Under the pieces are notes generated by a model. The model did no database searches and was not told the origin of the DNA. It worked only from the letters and a program-made list of their open reading frames with translations. A stretch of DNA of 64,000 bases from an uncultured Actinomycetes bacterium (lineage in GTDB: Bacteria > Actinomycetota > Thermoleophilia > RBG-16-64-13): NCBI GenBank assembly GCA_963841735.1, contig CAWJDT010000001.1, positions 416,001 to 480,000 on the forward strand, given 5' to 3'. Shown piece after piece: positions 38,536 through 48,727 of the stretch. Position numbers and translations under genes: made by a program. Position 1 is the first letter of the stretch, and each line of letters starts with the position of its first letter.

Positions 38536-39503
38536 GAGGCTGCCGCCCCATCAGGCGCCGCGGTGGGCCCCACGGGCCCGCCGGCTCCGGCCGTGGCCGG
38601 GGACGGCGCGGGCGCCGCGCCGCCTGTCGCGGCGCCCTTCGCGCTGGCGTACTCGTCGATGAAGCGCAACTCCGGCACTTCGGCCAGTTCACCGGCCTGG
38701 TGAGCCAGCTCATAGAAGCGCAGCAAACCCCGCTGGTACTCAGGAGCGAAGCCGTAGTGAAGTAGAGCGAAGTAGCGGGTCAGGCTCTCCCGGTCGTAGT
38801 GGTAGCTCGCCAAGGCCGCGTCAACCACCTCGCCCGGGTGCTCGCTCCCGTAGTCCATGCAGGCCACCAGTTCCGTCTCGGCAGCCGAGACCTCAGGCCC
38901 GTGAGCGCGGGCGAACTCCTCACGGGTCGCCCAGACCGCGTACACCATGGGCAGCCCGGTCCAGTCCTGCCACAGCGCCCCCAGATCGTGACATACCGCC
39001 CCCCGCAGGGGGAAGTGCAGGGCGTCCAGCGCCTGGTCGCCGATGAGAAGCACGGCGTCACCCTGGTCGAGCGCAGCGGCCACAGGACCGGTGAGGTCGT
39101 GGTACTCCACCTCCTTGGCAAGCCGCAGCTTGAAGATGGTCTTCAACAAGGCCACCGCGGTGGCGCTCTGCGGGGTGAGGGCCACGCGTCTCACCCGGGC
39201 CAGCGGCCCGCGAGTGACCAACTGGATGCTGTCCACCGCGCCCTGCGACGAGATGCTCACGTGGCGCGACACCAGCAGCTCCCGGTGATTCCGAGCGTAG
39301 GCGATAGAGCTGATGGGGCCAAGGTCGATGTCGCCCGCCAGCAGCATACGGTTCAGATCGGTCGGCACCCCGGGAAAGAACTCGAGACCTGGCCGGCCCG
39401 GCAGGTCGAGAAGCCGCTCTTCGGCCAGAACGCCGCGCTGTTGCAGGCCGTGGTACAGCGGATAGCAGTTCAGAAACTCGATGTGGCCCACCCTCACGGT
39501 CAT
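38532..39503 (-). CDS. mqnA: Chorismate dehydratase
   Basis: GHIEFLNCYP, LLIGD, DLG..W...TGLPMVYAVW. Confidence 0.88.
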   Translation of the reverse strand: MTVRVGHIEFLNCYPLYHGLQQRGVLAEERLLDLPGRPGLEFFPGVPTDLNRMLLAGDIDLGPISSIAYARNHRELLVSRHVSISSQGAVDSIQLVTRGPLARVRRVALTPQSATAVALLKTIFKLRLAKEVEYHDLTGPVAAALDQGDAVLLIGDQALDALHFPLRGAVCHDLGALWQDWTGLPMVYAVWATREEFARAHGPEVSAAETELVACMDYGSEHPGEVVDAALASYHYDRESLTRYFALLHYGFAPEYQRGLLRFYELAHQAGELAEVPELRFIDEYASAKGAATGGAAPAPSPATAGAGGPVGPTAAPDGAAAS

Positions 39504-40645
39504 GACGCCCCCTCGGCGGCGCCCGGCGCGGCCCCGGCGCCATCCCCAGGCTCGCAGCGCCGCAGCACTCGATAGAGAGCGTCGCGCTCCACCGCTGTCC
39601 GGCCCGTGGCCTGGATCACCCGCACGAGCTCCGCCTTGGGCACCACCTGTCCATGCTCCGCTCCCGACAGCAGCGAGATCACTTCTTCCACCACCGTGCC
39701 GTCCATATCGTTGGCGCCGAAGAACAGTGCGGTCTGGGCCAGCTTCAGCCCGGTCATGATCCAGTACGTCTTGATGTGGGCGAAGTTGTCAAGCAACAAG
39801 CGGGACACCGCGAGCGTCTTCAGATCGTCGGTGCCCGTGGTTGCGGGGAGATGCGCAAGGGCGCTGTTCTTGGGTTGGAAAGCCAGAGGGATGAAGGCTT
39901 GGAAGCCGCCCGTCTCGCCCTGAACCGCGCGGAGCCGCAGCAGGTGGTCCACCCGGTCCGCGTAGGTCTCCACGTGCCCGTAGAGCATGGTGGCGTTGGT
40001 CTTCAACCCCAGTCCGTGAGCCAGCTTGTGGATCTCCAGCCATCGCTCTCCCGAGATCTTGGCCGGGCACACGCGGGCACGCACCTCCGCCCCCAGGATC
40101 TCCGCCCCGCCGCCGGGCATGCTGTCCAAACCGGCGGTCTTGAGATCGCGCAACACCGCTTCCGTCGTGACTCCCTCCGCTTGAGCAAAGCAGACTATCT
40201 CCGAGGCGGTGAATGCTTTTATGTGCACGTCGGGAGCAAGCTTCCGCACACCCGCCACCATCTCCCGGATAGCGGCATAAGGCAGGGATGGGTTCTCCCC
40301 ACCCACGATGTGAATCTCGGTCGCGCCCTGCTCGACAGCCTCACGAGCCTTCTCCAGCACGTCGTCCACCGTGAGTGTGTATGCGCCCTCTTCTCCCTCT
40401 CCCCGGCTGAACGCGCAGAACAGGCAGCGGTTGCGACACACGTTGGTGTAGTTGATGTGCCGGTTGACCACGAAGTAGACGTCGTCGCCCACCTTGCGCC
40501 GGCGTGCCCCGTCGGCCAACCGCCCGACGCGCAACAGGTCTGGTGATTCGAACAAGGTAAGACCGTCGGCGGCGGATAGGCGCTCCCCTCGAGCTACCTT
40601 CTCTTCGACTGCGGTGAGAGGATCGAGATGCCTGCCGACAGGCAT
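39500..40645 (-). CDS. mqnE: Aminofutalosine synthase
   Basis: NRHINYTNVC, EIHIVGG, NATMLYGH, DMDGTVVEE. Confidence 0.9.
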   Translation of the reverse strand: MPVGRHLDPLTAVEEKVARGERLSAADGLTLFESPDLLRVGRLADGARRRKVGDDVYFVVNRHINYTNVCRNRCLFCAFSRGEGEEGAYTLTVDDVLEKAREAVEQGATEIHIVGGENPSLPYAAIREMVAGVRKLAPDVHIKAFTASEIVCFAQAEGVTTEAVLRDLKTAGLDSMPGGGAEILGAEVRARVCPAKISGERWLEIHKLAHGLGLKTNATMLYGHVETYADRVDHLLRLRAVQGETGGFQAFIPLAFQPKNSALAHLPATTGTDDLKTLAVSRLLLDNFAHIKTYWIMTGLKLAQTALFFGANDMDGTVVEEVISLLSGAEHGQVVPKAELVRVIQATGRTAVERDALYRVLRRCEPGDGAGAAPGAAEGAS

Positions 40646-40646
40646 A

Positions 40647-41486
40647 CTAGGCCAACCCGTAGTGAAGGGCGATGATGCTCCCGGCCAAGATCTCGTAGCG
40701 CACGTTGCGAAGCCCGGCATCTTCCATGAGCCCCTTCAGCGTGTCGGGGTCGGGGAACCGGCGCACCGAAGCGGGTAGATAGCTGTAGGCGGCTTCATTT
40801 CCGGCGGCGAGCTTGCCCAGCCTGGGTACGGCATGGCCGAACCAAAGATCGTAGAACTGCTTGAACACGGGGATGGTGGGCTGGGTGATCTCCAGACACA
40901 CCACCCGGCCACCAGGCCGGCACACCCGCCGCATCTCGGCGAAGGCCCCGACGATGTCGGGCACATTGCGGATACCGAACCCCACGGTGCAGGCGTCGAA
41001 GCCCGCAGCCACGTCGCCCGCGGCAGCCCCGGCGCCTGCGGCAGCGGGAGCGGCCGCTCCAGAGGCAGCGCCGACCCCGTCGGGGAAGGGCAGGGCAAGC
41101 GCGTCGCCCGTGCGGAACTCCACATAGAGCTGATTGCGACCGCATTTATCCCGGGCGACGTCGAGCATCTCCTCGGAAACGTCCACTCCCACCACGCGGC
41201 CGTCCGATCCGATGGCCCTCCGCAGAGCGAAGGCAAAGTCACCGGTGCCGCAGCAGACGTCCAGTGCCGACGCCCCGGGGCCCACGCGGGCCAACATGAC
41301 ACCCAGCTCACGCCAACGATGATGGAGCCCGGCTGTCATGAGGTCGTTCAACCGGTCGTAGGTGCCGGCGATGCCGTCGAACATCTGCTTGATGCGGGCC
41401 GGCTCGGGCCAGGCATCCAAGCCGGTGCGGGCGGCCAAGCGCCCGCCGGCTTCCCCGCGCTCCTTGGTGTCAGTGTGCCCACTCAC
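40647..41486 (-). CDS. menG: Demethylmenaquinone methyltransferase (UbiE/MenG)
   Basis: MFD.IA..YD, LDVCCGTGD, GFGIRNV, YL..S...FP. Confidence 0.88.
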   Translation of the reverse strand: MSGHTDTKERGEAGGRLAARTGLDAWPEPARIKQMFDGIAGTYDRLNDLMTAGLHHRWRELGVMLARVGPGASALDVCCGTGDFAFALRRAIGSDGRVVGVDVSEEMLDVARDKCGRNQLYVEFRTGDALALPFPDGVGAASGAAAPAAAGAGAAAGDVAAGFDACTVGFGIRNVPDIVGAFAEMRRVCRPGGRVVCLEITQPTIPVFKQFYDLWFGHAVPRLGKLAAGNEAAYSYLPASVRRFPDPDTLKGLMEDAGLRNVRYEILAGSIIALHYGLA

Positions 41487-42340
41487 GGCACGTATAGCCC
41501 AAGCGTTGTGAAGAACAGAAAGACCACGCTGATGATCCCGTTCATAGTCATGAAGGCCACGCCCACTTTGCCCAGGTCGGCCTTGCGCATGAGCCAGTTC
41601 TCGTAGAAGAGCAGGAGCGCACATAGTCCGACCCCGAGATAGTAGACGAAGCCGGCGCCCTGCGCCCAGCCGGTCACGGCCAAAAGGACTACCGCCAAGA
41701 CATGAAACAGCCTGGTGCTCCAGAGCCCGGCGCGCTCACCAAGATCGGCCGGGATGGAGTGCAGCCCCTGTTCCCGATCGATCTTGACGTCCATGAAGGC
41801 GTAGATCACGTCGAAGCCCGCGATCCACAGGCCCACCCCGGCTCCGAGGACGAAGGGCTCCCAGGTGACCTTGCCTGTGACCGCCACCCAGGCGCCGACC
41901 GGCCCCAGGCCGTCGGCGACGCCCAAGACCAGGTGGCACAGCCAGGTCCACCGCTTGGTAAAGGGGTAAATGACCATGGGGGCCACCACCACCGGCCAGA
42001 GGTAGCGGGTGATGACGGGCAGGTTGAACGTGGCCCAGATCAGCACTCCCAGCGAGACTAGGGCGAAGATACCCACCTGCCACCGCTTCAGCAGCCCCGC
42101 GGGGATCTCCCGTCCGGCAGTGCGAGGGTTGCGCGCGTCGATGCCCGCGTCGATGAGGCGGTTCAGAGCCATTCCGAAGCTCCGGGCGGCGACCATGGCC
42201 ATGGTTATCCAGAACATGCGCCAAAAGCCTGGCACTTCCATCTCGGCCAAGAAGGCAGCCGCGTAGGCAAAGGGGAGCGCAAAGAGGGAGTGCTCGAACT
42301 TCACCAGCCTTGTGAAGCGGCGCGCGTAGGTGAGAGCCAT
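41483..42340 (-). CDS. UbiA-family prenyltransferase (MqnP)
   Basis: KFEHSLFALPF, NRLIDAGIDARNPRT. Confidence 0.88.
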   Translation of the reverse strand: MALTYARRFTRLVKFEHSLFALPFAYAAAFLAEMEVPGFWRMFWITMAMVAARSFGMALNRLIDAGIDARNPRTAGREIPAGLLKRWQVGIFALVSLGVLIWATFNLPVITRYLWPVVVAPMVIYPFTKRWTWLCHLVLGVADGLGPVGAWVAVTGKVTWEPFVLGAGVGLWIAGFDVIYAFMDVKIDREQGLHSIPADLGERAGLWSTRLFHVLAVVLLAVTGWAQGAGFVYYLGVGLCALLLFYENWLMRKADLGKVGVAFMTMNGIISVVFLFFTTLGLYVP

Positions 42341-42349
42341 GCCGATGCC

Positions 42350-43816
42350 CTAGCTGCCGGGGCCGCCGCTCCTGGCGACCGGCCCACCTAGACCCAAGCT
42401 GGGCCACAGTTCGTCGATGCGGGCCTTGATCTGCGGCGACATCTCCACATCGGGTGGCCATTCCCGGGGGTGCCCCTCTGCGGGGCCCTTCTTGGTGGCG
42501 TCGATGCCGATCTTGGCTCCCCAGAGAGGCTGCGGCGCCGAATGGTCGAGCACGTCGAGAGGTCCCTCGGTCACCACCACGTCCCGCCGCCAGTCCACGT
42601 TGTTGAACACCCGCCACGCCACCTGGGCGTAGTCATGCACGTCCACGTCGGCGTCCACCACCACGATGCACTTGCAGAACTGCATCTGCCCCGCTCCCCA
42701 CAACGCATGCATCACCTTGCGCGCGTGCAGCGGATAGCGCTTGTCCATGGACACCAAGGCGCAGTTGTGGAAACCCCCTTCCTTGGGAAGGTCGAAGTCC
42801 ACCAGTTCCGGGAGTGTGAAGCGCATGAGGGGCAGGAAGATCCGCTCGGTGGCCTTGCCCAGATAGGTGTCTTCCATAGGCGCCTGCCCCACGATGGTAG
42901 TGGAGTAGATGGGATCGCGCCGGTGCGTGATCGCGGTCAGATGAAGAACCGGGTACTGGTCGGCCAGGGAGTAGTAGCCGGTGTGATCCCCGAAGGGCCC
43001 TTCGGTGCGGGTCTCGTCCAGATCTATGTAGCCCTCCAACACGAACTCCGCGTGCGCCGGCACCTCGAGGTCCACCGTCTGGCACTTGACCATCTCCACC
43101 GCCTCTCCCCGCAAGAAGCCTGCGAAGAGCATCTCGTCCAGCGCCCCGGGGAGCGGCGCCGTGGCGGCGTAGGTCACCGCAGGGTCGGTGCCGATGGCCA
43201 CCGCCGCTTCCATGCGGCCCGTCGAGCCGGCGTAGTGCTCGGCGCCATCCTTGTGTATGTGCCAATGCATGCCGGTGGTGCGGCCATCGAACACCTGCAG
43301 CCGGTACATACCCACGTTGCGTGCACCAGTCCGGGGATGACGGGTAAAGACCAAGGGGAGCGTGATGTAACGGCCGCCGTCCAGGGGCCAGCACTGGAGG
43401 ATGGGAAGGGCCTGCAGATCGATTTGATCCCCGGTGAGCACCACCTCTTGGCAGGCGCCGTGCTTAACAGACCGCGTCTGCAAGGCGGCCAGGTCCTTGA
43501 GCCGGCCGAGAGCCCTCAGCTTGTCCATGGTGCTGCCAGGCACCTCCATGGCGATCAACTTCTCCACCCGGGCCGCCAGATCGTCGTATGATGCCGCCCG
43601 CAAAGCCAGGCACATGCGTTCGTGACTGCCGAACTGATTGACCAGCACAGGCACCGTGCTGCCCTTCGGGTGCGTGAACAGAAGCGCCGGTCCACCGGCC
43701 TTGCCCACCCGATCAGCGATCTCGGTGATCTCCAAGACGGGGTCGACGGGAGCGTCCACCACCGTGAGCAGACCCTTATCCCGCAGGAGAGCGATGTAGT
43801 CGCGCAGATCCTTCAT
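42350..43816 (-). CDS. UbiD-family menaquinone biosynthesis decarboxylase
   Basis: EGPFGDHTGYY, NVGMYRLQ, GIDAT. Confidence 0.9.
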   Translation of the reverse strand: MKDLRDYIALLRDKGLLTVVDAPVDPVLEITEIADRVGKAGGPALLFTHPKGSTVPVLVNQFGSHERMCLALRAASYDDLAARVEKLIAMEVPGSTMDKLRALGRLKDLAALQTRSVKHGACQEVVLTGDQIDLQALPILQCWPLDGGRYITLPLVFTRHPRTGARNVGMYRLQVFDGRTTGMHWHIHKDGAEHYAGSTGRMEAAVAIGTDPAVTYAATAPLPGALDEMLFAGFLRGEAVEMVKCQTVDLEVPAHAEFVLEGYIDLDETRTEGPFGDHTGYYSLADQYPVLHLTAITHRRDPIYSTTIVGQAPMEDTYLGKATERIFLPLMRFTLPELVDFDLPKEGGFHNCALVSMDKRYPLHARKVMHALWGAGQMQFCKCIVVVDADVDVHDYAQVAWRVFNNVDWRRDVVVTEGPLDVLDHSAPQPLWGAKIGIDATKKGPAEGHPREWPPDVEMSPQIKARIDELWPSLGLGGPVARSGGPGS

Positions 43817-43838
43817 AAGCGGGGGCCTCGACGCCCGG

Positions 43839-44966
43839 TCACAGGCCCGGGACCGGCTTCCCCGGCTCTCCCAGCACTTCACGATAGACCCGGATGGTGT
43901 CCTCGGCCGCCCTACTCCAAGGGAATAGCGACGATTGCCGCAGCCCCGCCCGGCGCAGGGAGCCCCTCAGATCAGGGTCGGTCAGCACCCGCACCACACA
44001 GTCCTCAAAGGCGTCCAGCGAGGTTGGGTTGAAAAGTAGCGCCGCCGAGCCGGTGACCTCAGGGAGCGACGACGAGTTCGACACCACGCAAGGGGTCCCG
44101 CAGGCCATGGCCTCGAGAGGCGGGAGGCCGAAACCCTCGTATAGCGACGGGAACACGAACACGTCGGCTGCCGAGTACACCGCCGGCAGGTCGTCGTCGG
44201 GAATGAAGCCGGGAAACAGCACATGCCCCTCCAGTCCCTGCTTGGCCACCTCTCCCAAGACCTTGTGATAGTCACCCCGCTTCTCCCCCGCCAGAACCAA
44301 AGCGGGCAGATCCGCCAACCGTCCGCGTAATCTCGCCCACGCCTGGACGAGAAAGATGAGGTTCTTCTCCGGCCGGAAGTCTCCAGCCCAGAACGCGAAA
44401 CGCTCAGGCAGTGAGTGGCGGTTACGCGCAGCCAACAAGACCTTCTCGTCGGTCTGCGGACCGAACCGCGCCGAGACCCCGTTATGGATGACTCTCACCT
44501 TGGTCTGGTCTACGCCGGCGTAGACCCCCAGGGCCGAATAGAGGATCTGCGAAACACAAATCACCCGATGAGACTCTTCTATGCTGCGGTTGAAGTGCCG
44601 CCTCCAGCGCAGGCGGAGAAGCGGGGAGAGGGTGCCGGGGTAGAGAAAAGGCGCAACGTCATGAACGGTGGTCACAAGAGGCGCGGGAACCGGGGTGGGT
44701 GCCCAAGGGCTGGGCACGTGTAGAAGATCCACCTTCGACGCTCTGACGAGCGCCCGAAAGGCCGGACGGCCGTGAGGCGCGAGGATGTCCATGTTGGCCG
44801 ACACGAGGGTGAAAGACTCGGCCCGCGGGATGCTACTCTTGGCTCGGTCCTCGCAGAAGACCACCGTTTCCAAGCCAGAATCAGCGAACTGCCTGAGCAA
44901 GTTGCGGGTATAGGTGCCGATACCGCCCCGGAGGGCGACGGCTCTTGCGTCGAAGCCTATCCGCAC
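43839..44966 (-). CDS. GT4 glycosyltransferase
   Basis: FPSLYEGFGLPPLEAMACG. Confidence 0.9.
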   Translation of the reverse strand: MRIGFDARAVALRGGIGTYTRNLLRQFADSGLETVVFCEDRAKSSIPRAESFTLVSANMDILAPHGRPAFRALVRASKVDLLHVPSPWAPTPVPAPLVTTVHDVAPFLYPGTLSPLLRLRWRRHFNRSIEESHRVICVSQILYSALGVYAGVDQTKVRVIHNGVSARFGPQTDEKVLLAARNRHSLPERFAFWAGDFRPEKNLIFLVQAWARLRGRLADLPALVLAGEKRGDYHKVLGEVAKQGLEGHVLFPGFIPDDDLPAVYSAADVFVFPSLYEGFGLPPLEAMACGTPCVVSNSSSLPEVTGSAALLFNPTSLDAFEDCVVRVLTDPDLRGSLRRAGLRQSSLFPWSRAAEDTIRVYREVLGEPGKPVPGL

Positions 44967-45122
44967 AAAGCCTCCAGTATGCGTTGATGAGGTCTCAAAC
45001 GGCGGTCAAGTTATCTTCGCATATACCCGAAATAGGTGTATGGGACATGTGTGCTTCTTGCACTGCGCGGGAAGTGATTGTAGAATGTGTGCAGTTTTTC
45101 ATCTTGAGCGAAGAGGCTGGCT

Positions 45123-46145
45123 GTGCTGAAAGGCGTCGACACACACGCGTGTGGCGAGGGCGGGGAAGCGGGCTCTATCCTGGCGAAGGCCAGGAATATC
45201 CTGGACGACCACAAACTCGACATAACCAAGGCATGGCTCGGCCGTATGGTCGGGCAGTTGGACGACCTTGAGGCCCTCGAGCGATTCCCCACCCAAGAAA
45301 GCATACGCACCTCGTTGGAACTCATAGAGGGGCTGACTAAGTGTCTCTCCGACGAGGGCGCCCTCGCGCAGTTTGACGAAGGTGGCCTCTACTACCAGCA
45401 AGCAGCCACTCTTGGCTTGTTGCAGCGCGACGACACCAGCACCATCGCTACCCTGTCCGACAGCCTTTGCGCCCTGGAGGATGCAATCTGGGACAGTCTG
45501 GCCAACGGACTCCGCCATCAAGACAAAGACCTGCTCCAGCTGGTCAGGGTGCTGCGCCTGGGCATCCATCGCATCATGACCGCGGCCTCCGAGGCTTATC
45601 ACAAGCAGAGCAACGCGGAACTAAACAGGCTGGCCCATACGGACGCCCTTACCGGACTGTACAACCGGCGCTACTGGGAACCGGAACTGCAACGGTACAC
45701 AGAGCTATACAAGCGGTACAGGCACCCCTTCGCCATCCTGATGCTCGATTTTGACAATCTCAAGTGGGTCAACGACACCTTCGGGCATGCGGCCGGCGAC
45801 ACGGCCCTCTCCCATCTGGCCACCGTCATGCGCATGAACATCCGCGATGTGGATATCCCCTGCCGCTTCGGAGGCGACGAGTTTCTCATTCTGATGCCAG
45901 AGGCTGACAAGAACGCTATCGAGATGGTCGGTCGACGCATCGCCGAGTCCATCAACAAGACCCGCTTCAAGCTCGGACGGTCCTTCGCCAGCCTGCAGGT
46001 AAGTTTTGGGGCTGCCGCGTGCCCTGAGGACGCGACGGAGGCTGATCTCCTTCTCAAAGAAGCCGACGCCAGTATGTATCGCGCCAAAGAGAAGAAGGGA
46101 GAACGGGGCGGCCAGGCTCAAGCCTCCGCTCCTTCGGCCACCTAG
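45123..46145 (+). CDS. Diguanylate cyclase (GGDEF)
   Basis: DALTGLYNRR, ND.FGH, RFGGDEF. Confidence 0.9.
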   Translation: MLKGVDTHACGEGGEAGSILAKARNILDDHKLDITKAWLGRMVGQLDDLEALERFPTQESIRTSLELIEGLTKCLSDEGALAQFDEGGLYYQQAATLGLLQRDDTSTIATLSDSLCALEDAIWDSLANGLRHQDKDLLQLVRVLRLGIHRIMTAASEAYHKQSNAELNRLAHTDALTGLYNRRYWEPELQRYTELYKRYRHPFAILMLDFDNLKWVNDTFGHAAGDTALSHLATVMRMNIRDVDIPCRFGGDEFLILMPEADKNAIEMVGRRIAESINKTRFKLGRSFASLQVSFGAAACPEDATEADLLLKEADASMYRAKEKKGERGGQAQASAPSAT

Positions 46146-46669
46146 CGATCTCGGCCCGGCTCCGCGCACTCGTAAGCTTCGCCCCGCAGCGTCTCCACGG
46201 CGTGCTCTAGCGCCGGCGCGATCACCGCAAAATGCTCCCGGCAGGCTTTGGGGCTGCCGGGCATGTTGATGATCAGTGTCCTCCCCCGCACTGCCGCCAC
46301 CGCCCGACTTAGCATCGCATGGGGTGTGATCTCAAGAGAGGCGGCGCGCATAGCCTCCACGAATCCTGGCGCCAGGCGATCGGCCACCACCCGGGTGGCC
46401 TCGGGGGTGCGATCGCGAGGAGCAAGACCGGTGCCGCCGGTGGTCAGGATTAGGTCGGTCTCACCGCCATCGGCGATGCTCCTCAAGACCCCCTCTATCC
46501 AAGCCTGATCGTCGGGGATCACCACCGGCTCGCCCACTTCGGCTCCCATCGCCCGCAACAAGGCCTGAAGCTCCGGTCCCGACGCATCCACGCGCTCTCC
46601 AGCGCTGGCCTTATCACTTAGAGTGACCACGGCGGCCCTGATCGGGCGCCGCGGCTGGAGATCCTTCAT
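46142..46669 (-). CDS. MogA/MoaB molybdopterin adenylyltransferase
   Basis: TTGGTG..PRD.TPEAT, NMPGSP. Confidence 0.88.
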   Translation of the reverse strand: MKDLQPRRPIRAAVVTLSDKASAGERVDASGPELQALLRAMGAEVGEPVVIPDDQAWIEGVLRSIADGGETDLILTTGGTGLAPRDRTPEATRVVADRLAPGFVEAMRAASLEITPHAMLSRAVAAVRGRTLIINMPGSPKACREHFAVIAPALEHAVETLRGEAYECAEPGRDR

Positions 46670-47694
46670 GCTCCGGCCCCCCAGGCCCGCACCCGCACGG
46701 CGTCACCCGGGGAGACCCGCCCGCCGCGCAGTACCCTCACGAAGATGCCCTCCCGCGGCATGACACAATCGCCCGCCTGCTCGTAGATGGCGCAGCGCGA
46801 GTGGCACTCCTTGCCGATCTGGGTGACTTCCACCAACGCCTCTCCCATGTCCAAAGTCGTGTTGATGGGAAGCGCGGCCACCTCGATCCCGAGAGTGGTG
46901 ATGTTCTCAGCGAAATCGCCGGGGCCCACGTCCAGGCCGGCGGCGGTCATCTTGTCGATGGATTCCTGGGCAAGTAGGCTGACCTGCCGGTGCCAGGGAC
47001 CCGCATGGGCGTCATCCTCTATGCCGTGCTCCACACGCAGAACCGCCTCGGCTACTGCCCTCTTCCGCTCTCCCTTGGCCGCGCTGATGTTCACGGCAAC
47101 CACTATCCCTGCCGGCGCGGTGGCTCGAGCCACCGGCGCCATGACTGCGGGCGCCGCGGCTACAGACGCCGCGACCGAAGACCCCAGGGTGAGCGCGGAC
47201 TCCGGCGCCGACGCGGGCGGGCGGAGATAGTCTTCCTTGCCCCCGGTCTTCTGCAGCAGCCGGAGGTCACCTATTACCATTTCCCTGTCGACGGCCTTGC
47301 ACATGTCATAGATGGTTATGGCCGCGATCATGGCCCCAGTAAGGGCTTCCATCTCCACACCGGTGCGGTCCTCGGTGCGGGCGATGCACTCGATGTCGAT
47401 GCGCGCCTCTTCGTCAACGATGCAGAACGTCAGATCCACCTGCGTCAGCGATAGGGGGTGGCAAAGAGGAATGAGTTCGGCGGTCCGCTTCGCCGCCATG
47501 ATGCCGGCCACCTTGGCCACGGCCAGAACGTCGCCCTTGGGGAGGGCCTGCTTCTGCAGGAGGTCCAGGGTGGCCGGGGCCATCCACACACGCGCGCCGA
47601 CCCGGGCCGCGCGCCGCGTGACCTCCTTGCCGCCCACATCCACCATGCGCGCGTTGCCCCTCTCGTCGACGTGGCTCAGAGACGACTGGTCCAT
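46666..47694 (-). CDS. moaC: MoaC fused to MOSC domain
   Basis: MVDV, LIPLCHP, TGVEMEA; GDFAEN, QIGKECH. Confidence 0.88.
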   Translation of the reverse strand: MDQSSLSHVDERGNARMVDVGGKEVTRRAARVGARVWMAPATLDLLQKQALPKGDVLAVAKVAGIMAAKRTAELIPLCHPLSLTQVDLTFCIVDEEARIDIECIARTEDRTGVEMEALTGAMIAAITIYDMCKAVDREMVIGDLRLLQKTGGKEDYLRPPASAPESALTLGSSVAASVAAAPAVMAPVARATAPAGIVVAVNISAAKGERKRAVAEAVLRVEHGIEDDAHAGPWHRQVSLLAQESIDKMTAAGLDVGPGDFAENITTLGIEVAALPINTTLDMGEALVEVTQIGKECHSRCAIYEQAGDCVMPREGIFVRVLRGGRVSPGDAVRVRAWGAGA

Positions 47695-47695
47695 C

Positions 47696-48676
47696 TCAGC
47701 CTCCTACCTGCGACATGCCCCGGCCGCTACGCCCCGGGAGGACGTTCTTGTCAAACGTCTTGCCCTCCAAAGAAGCTCCGATCACCGCAAGCACCGCCTC
47801 CATGTCGCGTGCCTGCACCGCAGGCCTCGCATCGACTTCGTCGCTCGAGAACAGGCAGTTCTTGAGCCGGCCGTCCGCCGTCAGGCGCAGGCGGTTGCAC
47901 TCCCCGCAGAAATGGTCGGACACCGAACCGATGAAGCCCAGCGTACCCTGGTGGCCGGCGAATGTGTAGTAGTGGGCCGGACCCCATCCGCCCGGCGAGG
48001 CCGCTGCCTCCAACTCACCCAATCCCTGCGCCCCCAACTCCCGCAGAGCAGCAAGCACCTCGCTCTTGGGCAGCGAGTCGCCGGCCGAGCGCGGGCCGCA
48101 TCCTCCCACGGGCATCCACTCGATGAAGCGCACGTGCAGGGGCCGGTCGCGCGTCAGGGCCACAAAACCGGGCAATTCCGCCAGTAGGCCGTGCATCATC
48201 ACAACGTTCAGCTTGACCGGACTTAAGTCATGACGGAGCGCCGCATCCACGCCTTCCAGAGCCGCCCCCAGTGAGCCGCCCCTGGTCAGATATCGGTATC
48301 GTTCGGGGTCCAGCGAGTCCAGGCTGATATTGACCCGGTCTAGACCCTGCGCCTTGAGCGCCTCGGCGAACCGAGGCAGAAGAGCCCCGTTGGTGGTAAG
48401 CGAGATATCACTGATCTCAGGCAGACCTCGCAGAAGACCCACCAGGTCTGCCGCGCCTTTCCGCACCAAAGGCTCGCCACCGGTAAGCCGCACCTTGGAG
48501 ATGCCCAAACGCGCGGCCGCCCTCACAAAGAAGGCCATATCCTCGTAGGAGAGCATGTCCTCATGCGGCTTGGGCGGAACCCCCTCGGGAGGCATGCAGT
48601 ACACGCAACGGTAGTTGCACCTATCGGTGACCGAAAGACGGAGGTAATCGACTTTCTGTCCCGCGAGAGAGTTCAC
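47696..48676 (-). CDS. moaA: GTP 3',8-cyclase
   Basis: CNYRCVYC, TGGEP, FCGECNRLR, C-terminal GG. Confidence 0.93.
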   Translation of the reverse strand: MNSLAGQKVDYLRLSVTDRCNYRCVYCMPPEGVPPKPHEDMLSYEDMAFFVRAAARLGISKVRLTGGEPLVRKGAADLVGLLRGLPEISDISLTTNGALLPRFAEALKAQGLDRVNISLDSLDPERYRYLTRGGSLGAALEGVDAALRHDLSPVKLNVVMMHGLLAELPGFVALTRDRPLHVRFIEWMPVGGCGPRSAGDSLPKSEVLAALRELGAQGLGELEAAASPGGWGPAHYYTFAGHQGTLGFIGSVSDHFCGECNRLRLTADGRLKNCLFSSDEVDARPAVQARDMEAVLAVIGASLEGKTFDKNVLPGRSGRGMSQVGG

Positions 48677-48727
48677 GCGCCGACATCCTTTGCCCTGTAC
48701 CGGGCCGCGGAAGAGCGGACCCGGTCG

